DNA from: Camelus dromedarius
Taxonomy: Eukaryota
Assembly: GCF_036321535.1 (NCBI RefSeq)
Contig: NC_087437.1
Location: 121,274,001-121,338,000 of the forward strand
Reading direction: 5' to 3'
DNA length: 64,000 nt
Positions 61,501 through 64,000 of the stretch are shown here, one piece after another. The notes beneath the pieces were generated by a model, which saw only the letters and a list, made by a program, of their open reading frames with translations, had not been told where the DNA came from and did not search any database. A program made the translations under genes and the position numbers. Each line of letters starts with the position of its first letter. The stretch's first letter is position 1.

Positions 61501-64000
61501 TCCCATCCTGAAGGGTCCGACCCAGATGCTGTCGGCCTATGGACCCTTCATCCCTGCTGCCTGCCTAACTGGTAAGGAGCTGTCCCTTCCTCTGGCCCCA
61601 GGGTGGCACTTCACACACAGGTGTCACGTTGGTTGTGTAGAGGTGAAAGGCGTGGCCATGGCGATGGGCAGCTAGTCCCCTTACCCACCAAGGAGGACGA
61701 TGACCACGGCGATCTGTCCCCGAGTGTGGTGTTTCGGGGTTACAGAGGAAGTACGATGGGTCTGCTGGGGCGGCGGGGACAAGCTTTTCCTGGGAAAAGA
61801 GGAGGGCAGAGGGTGACTGTGTTCAGCCTGGCTGGCCCTGTGACTGGTGCGTGACCGCCCAGCTCTGCCACGGTGGCCCCAGAGCAGCCACAGACCACCC
61901 TGCAGTAAATGAGCCCCCGTGTTCAAAAACAGGTGGGTTGGGGTTTGCAGAACCAGCTAGAGGTCAGTGCTTCTTGGGGAGTGAGGACCGTGGGGAGGTG
62001 GGGGAGCACCTGGTGTTCGTTGGGAGTGCAGACCCGCTGGTTCAAGCCCAACCCACTGGATCGGACCTTGGGGTGGGACCTGGGTGTCCACTACGGGTGG
62101 CCAGGTCATCAGCGGGGGGACCAGCCCCTGGGGGGACCCTGAGCCGGCGCCACACTGGGGGCACACTAGAACGCCTCCCGTGTTGGGGGCAAGAGAGGAG
62201 GACATCAGAGGCAGGAACCGAGCCCAAGATCGCCCAACGCTGAAGTGGACCCTGAGGACCGTTTCTCTGTCTTAAAAAACTTTTCTTTTGGCCTCTTGTC
62301 ATTTCAAGACTCCTCCTCCTCTGCAGAGGGGACTGAATCATCTCACTGGCTCCCCAGTTCCCACTGAACCCCCAAAGGTGGGTGTTGCAGTGCCTGCCTG
62401 GCCTGGGTCCCCTGCCGCCCTTGCAGGCATCCTGGCCGGGCTCGGGGCTCCTCCCCTGAGGTGCTCCCCTCCTCCTTCCCTCTCCCTCCCCTCTGGTTCT
62501 GGGTCTCTCAGCCCAGAGGGACCTCTCCAGAAAGACCTCTCCCTCCTTCACCGGGAGCTTCTGCAGGCTGGGCCGGGGCAGTCTTCTATCTTCCTTCTCC
62601 CACGTATGTTTTTTTTCTCAGAGAAATAGCAGCAGGTCTCAGCGTGAGGCCCAGGGATCAGCCTCGCCGCTGGCACACATGAGAGCAGAAGCAGGGCGGG
62701 TGAGCAGTGGCAGGGCTCGGAAGAGCTGGGGCGGCGGTCCGGGCACCCGCTGGGCAGGGGGCTGCAAGGCCTCAGGCCAGTCCCTGGAAGGAGCCTTTTT
62801 CTCTCTGTAGGGTGGGGGTGGGGGCTCACCTCTCGGGGTGCTGAGATGAAGTACAGGAAGTTTTCGGCTGAACCTGGAAGCATGAAGGCGGGGCCGGGTC
62901 CAGGCCAAGTGCCTGGGGCACAGCCCAGCAAGGCTGCTGAACAAGGCAGGGCAGAGAGGCAGGAAGGGGAGGGCAGGGCACGCAGAGCCTGGCTGAGCTG
63001 GGGTCAGGCCAAGGTTGAGCTGTGAAGGGAACATTTGCCCTATTCTGGGTGTGACACCAGCCATGCAGGGAGTGCCCCACTGATGGTCATGAGGGTGGGA
63101 AGCCAGGCTTGGCTGACCAAGCGGAGACGGGAATCTGGCCATCCCTAGGCTGTGTACTGGGTGGGCACCAGGGAGACCTAACATTTTACACTTGAGCAAC
63201 AATCAAAATTTCTAGTTACAAAGGCTGCTCAACCCAGGGAGGGAAAAGAGGGGCTGGAGGGCCTGGACACTGCATTTCGGGGCATCTCTGGGCAACAGGA
63301 TCAAAGGGATTTTTCGCTTTTCAAAATAGGTTTCTGTCTTTTCCAAATTGTCTGTGAGAGCCGCGTATTAATTTTACAATCAGAGAAGGCTGTTAACTAT
63401 AAATGACACCACAAAACAAAAAAGACCCAACCCCTGGCAGCGGGCTCTCTACCTAGCTGGGGAGGGAAAGGAGCATGCCAGAAGTGGGGTGCGGGCCAGG
63501 GGGCGGCCCTGGAGGGCGACGGGCCAGGGCCGCCGTGGGGGCGGTTGCAAGGGCCCCGCCAAGCCCCGACCCCACAGAATAAAGCCGAAATCGCCTCGGG
63601 GTAACCTCCTCCCCAAGCCTCTTCCTCCCGTCCCTCTCTCACTGCTTCCTTCCAGTCAAACCAGGCGACCGCGTTTAGGGTGCATGATTTTACTCCAAGG
63701 TTTCCCAGTGCAGGAACTCCACACCCTGAGCAGTTTGCAGCAGGCCTTCCTGTCCTATTGCTTAGCGCGGACGGGCAGGACCCGCCAAAACGGCGGCGGT
63801 GCGGGCAGAGGTGCACAGGTTGGGCACCACCACTCTGACCCAGAGCCAAGAGGGAGGCGCGCGAGCCCGGTTCCCAGAAATTCGTCCCATTCTGGAGATG
63901 CTCGGACGACAAACGGCCTCGCAGAAACCCAAACCGATCATTTTTAGTCCCAACGTCCCTGAACCAAAACTAACCACTGCAGGTTATGGGGACAGAGGTG

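Noticed and set aside
63500..64000. Start of a neighbouring gene (SLX9/FAM207A or an ITGB2 antisense lncRNA expected from human synteny)
   Set aside because: Only mild CpG enrichment; no recognisable exon in the window

Overview
Mammalian genomic DNA, GC-rich, with two complete intron-containing genes on the minus strand. PTTG1IP has 6 coding exons (23500->11929, 176 aa). ITGB2/CD18 has 15 coding exons (45508->30982, 769 aa) plus a non-coding first exon and an Ets-box promoter near 55.2-55.4 kb. All coding exons were assembled by hand with GT-AG boundaries and consistent phases. Five copies of a tRNA-derived SINE resembling the camelid Vic-1 family suggest a camelid genome (inference). The rest is MLT1/MLT2/MER21/ERV LTRs, MER5/MER63/MER96/MER104 and other DNA-transposon remnants, L1 and MIR fragments, and tandem repeats; repeat family names are from recalled consensus motifs, not a database search. 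Main leads: (i) the two neighbouring genes share a signal peptide-PSI-TM-NP-motif tail architecture; (ii) CD18 has Thr at signal-peptide position -5, where ruminants have Gln; (iii) two ITGB2 introns are in frame and stop-free, one inside the cytoplasmic tail; (iv) a near-identical 19-bp Ets motif marks two candidate alternative first exons; (v) a nested LTR>L1>micro-insertion carries an apparent 3' transduction; (vi) a 21-bp minisatellite. Most long ORFs in the supplied track are GC-rich shadows.
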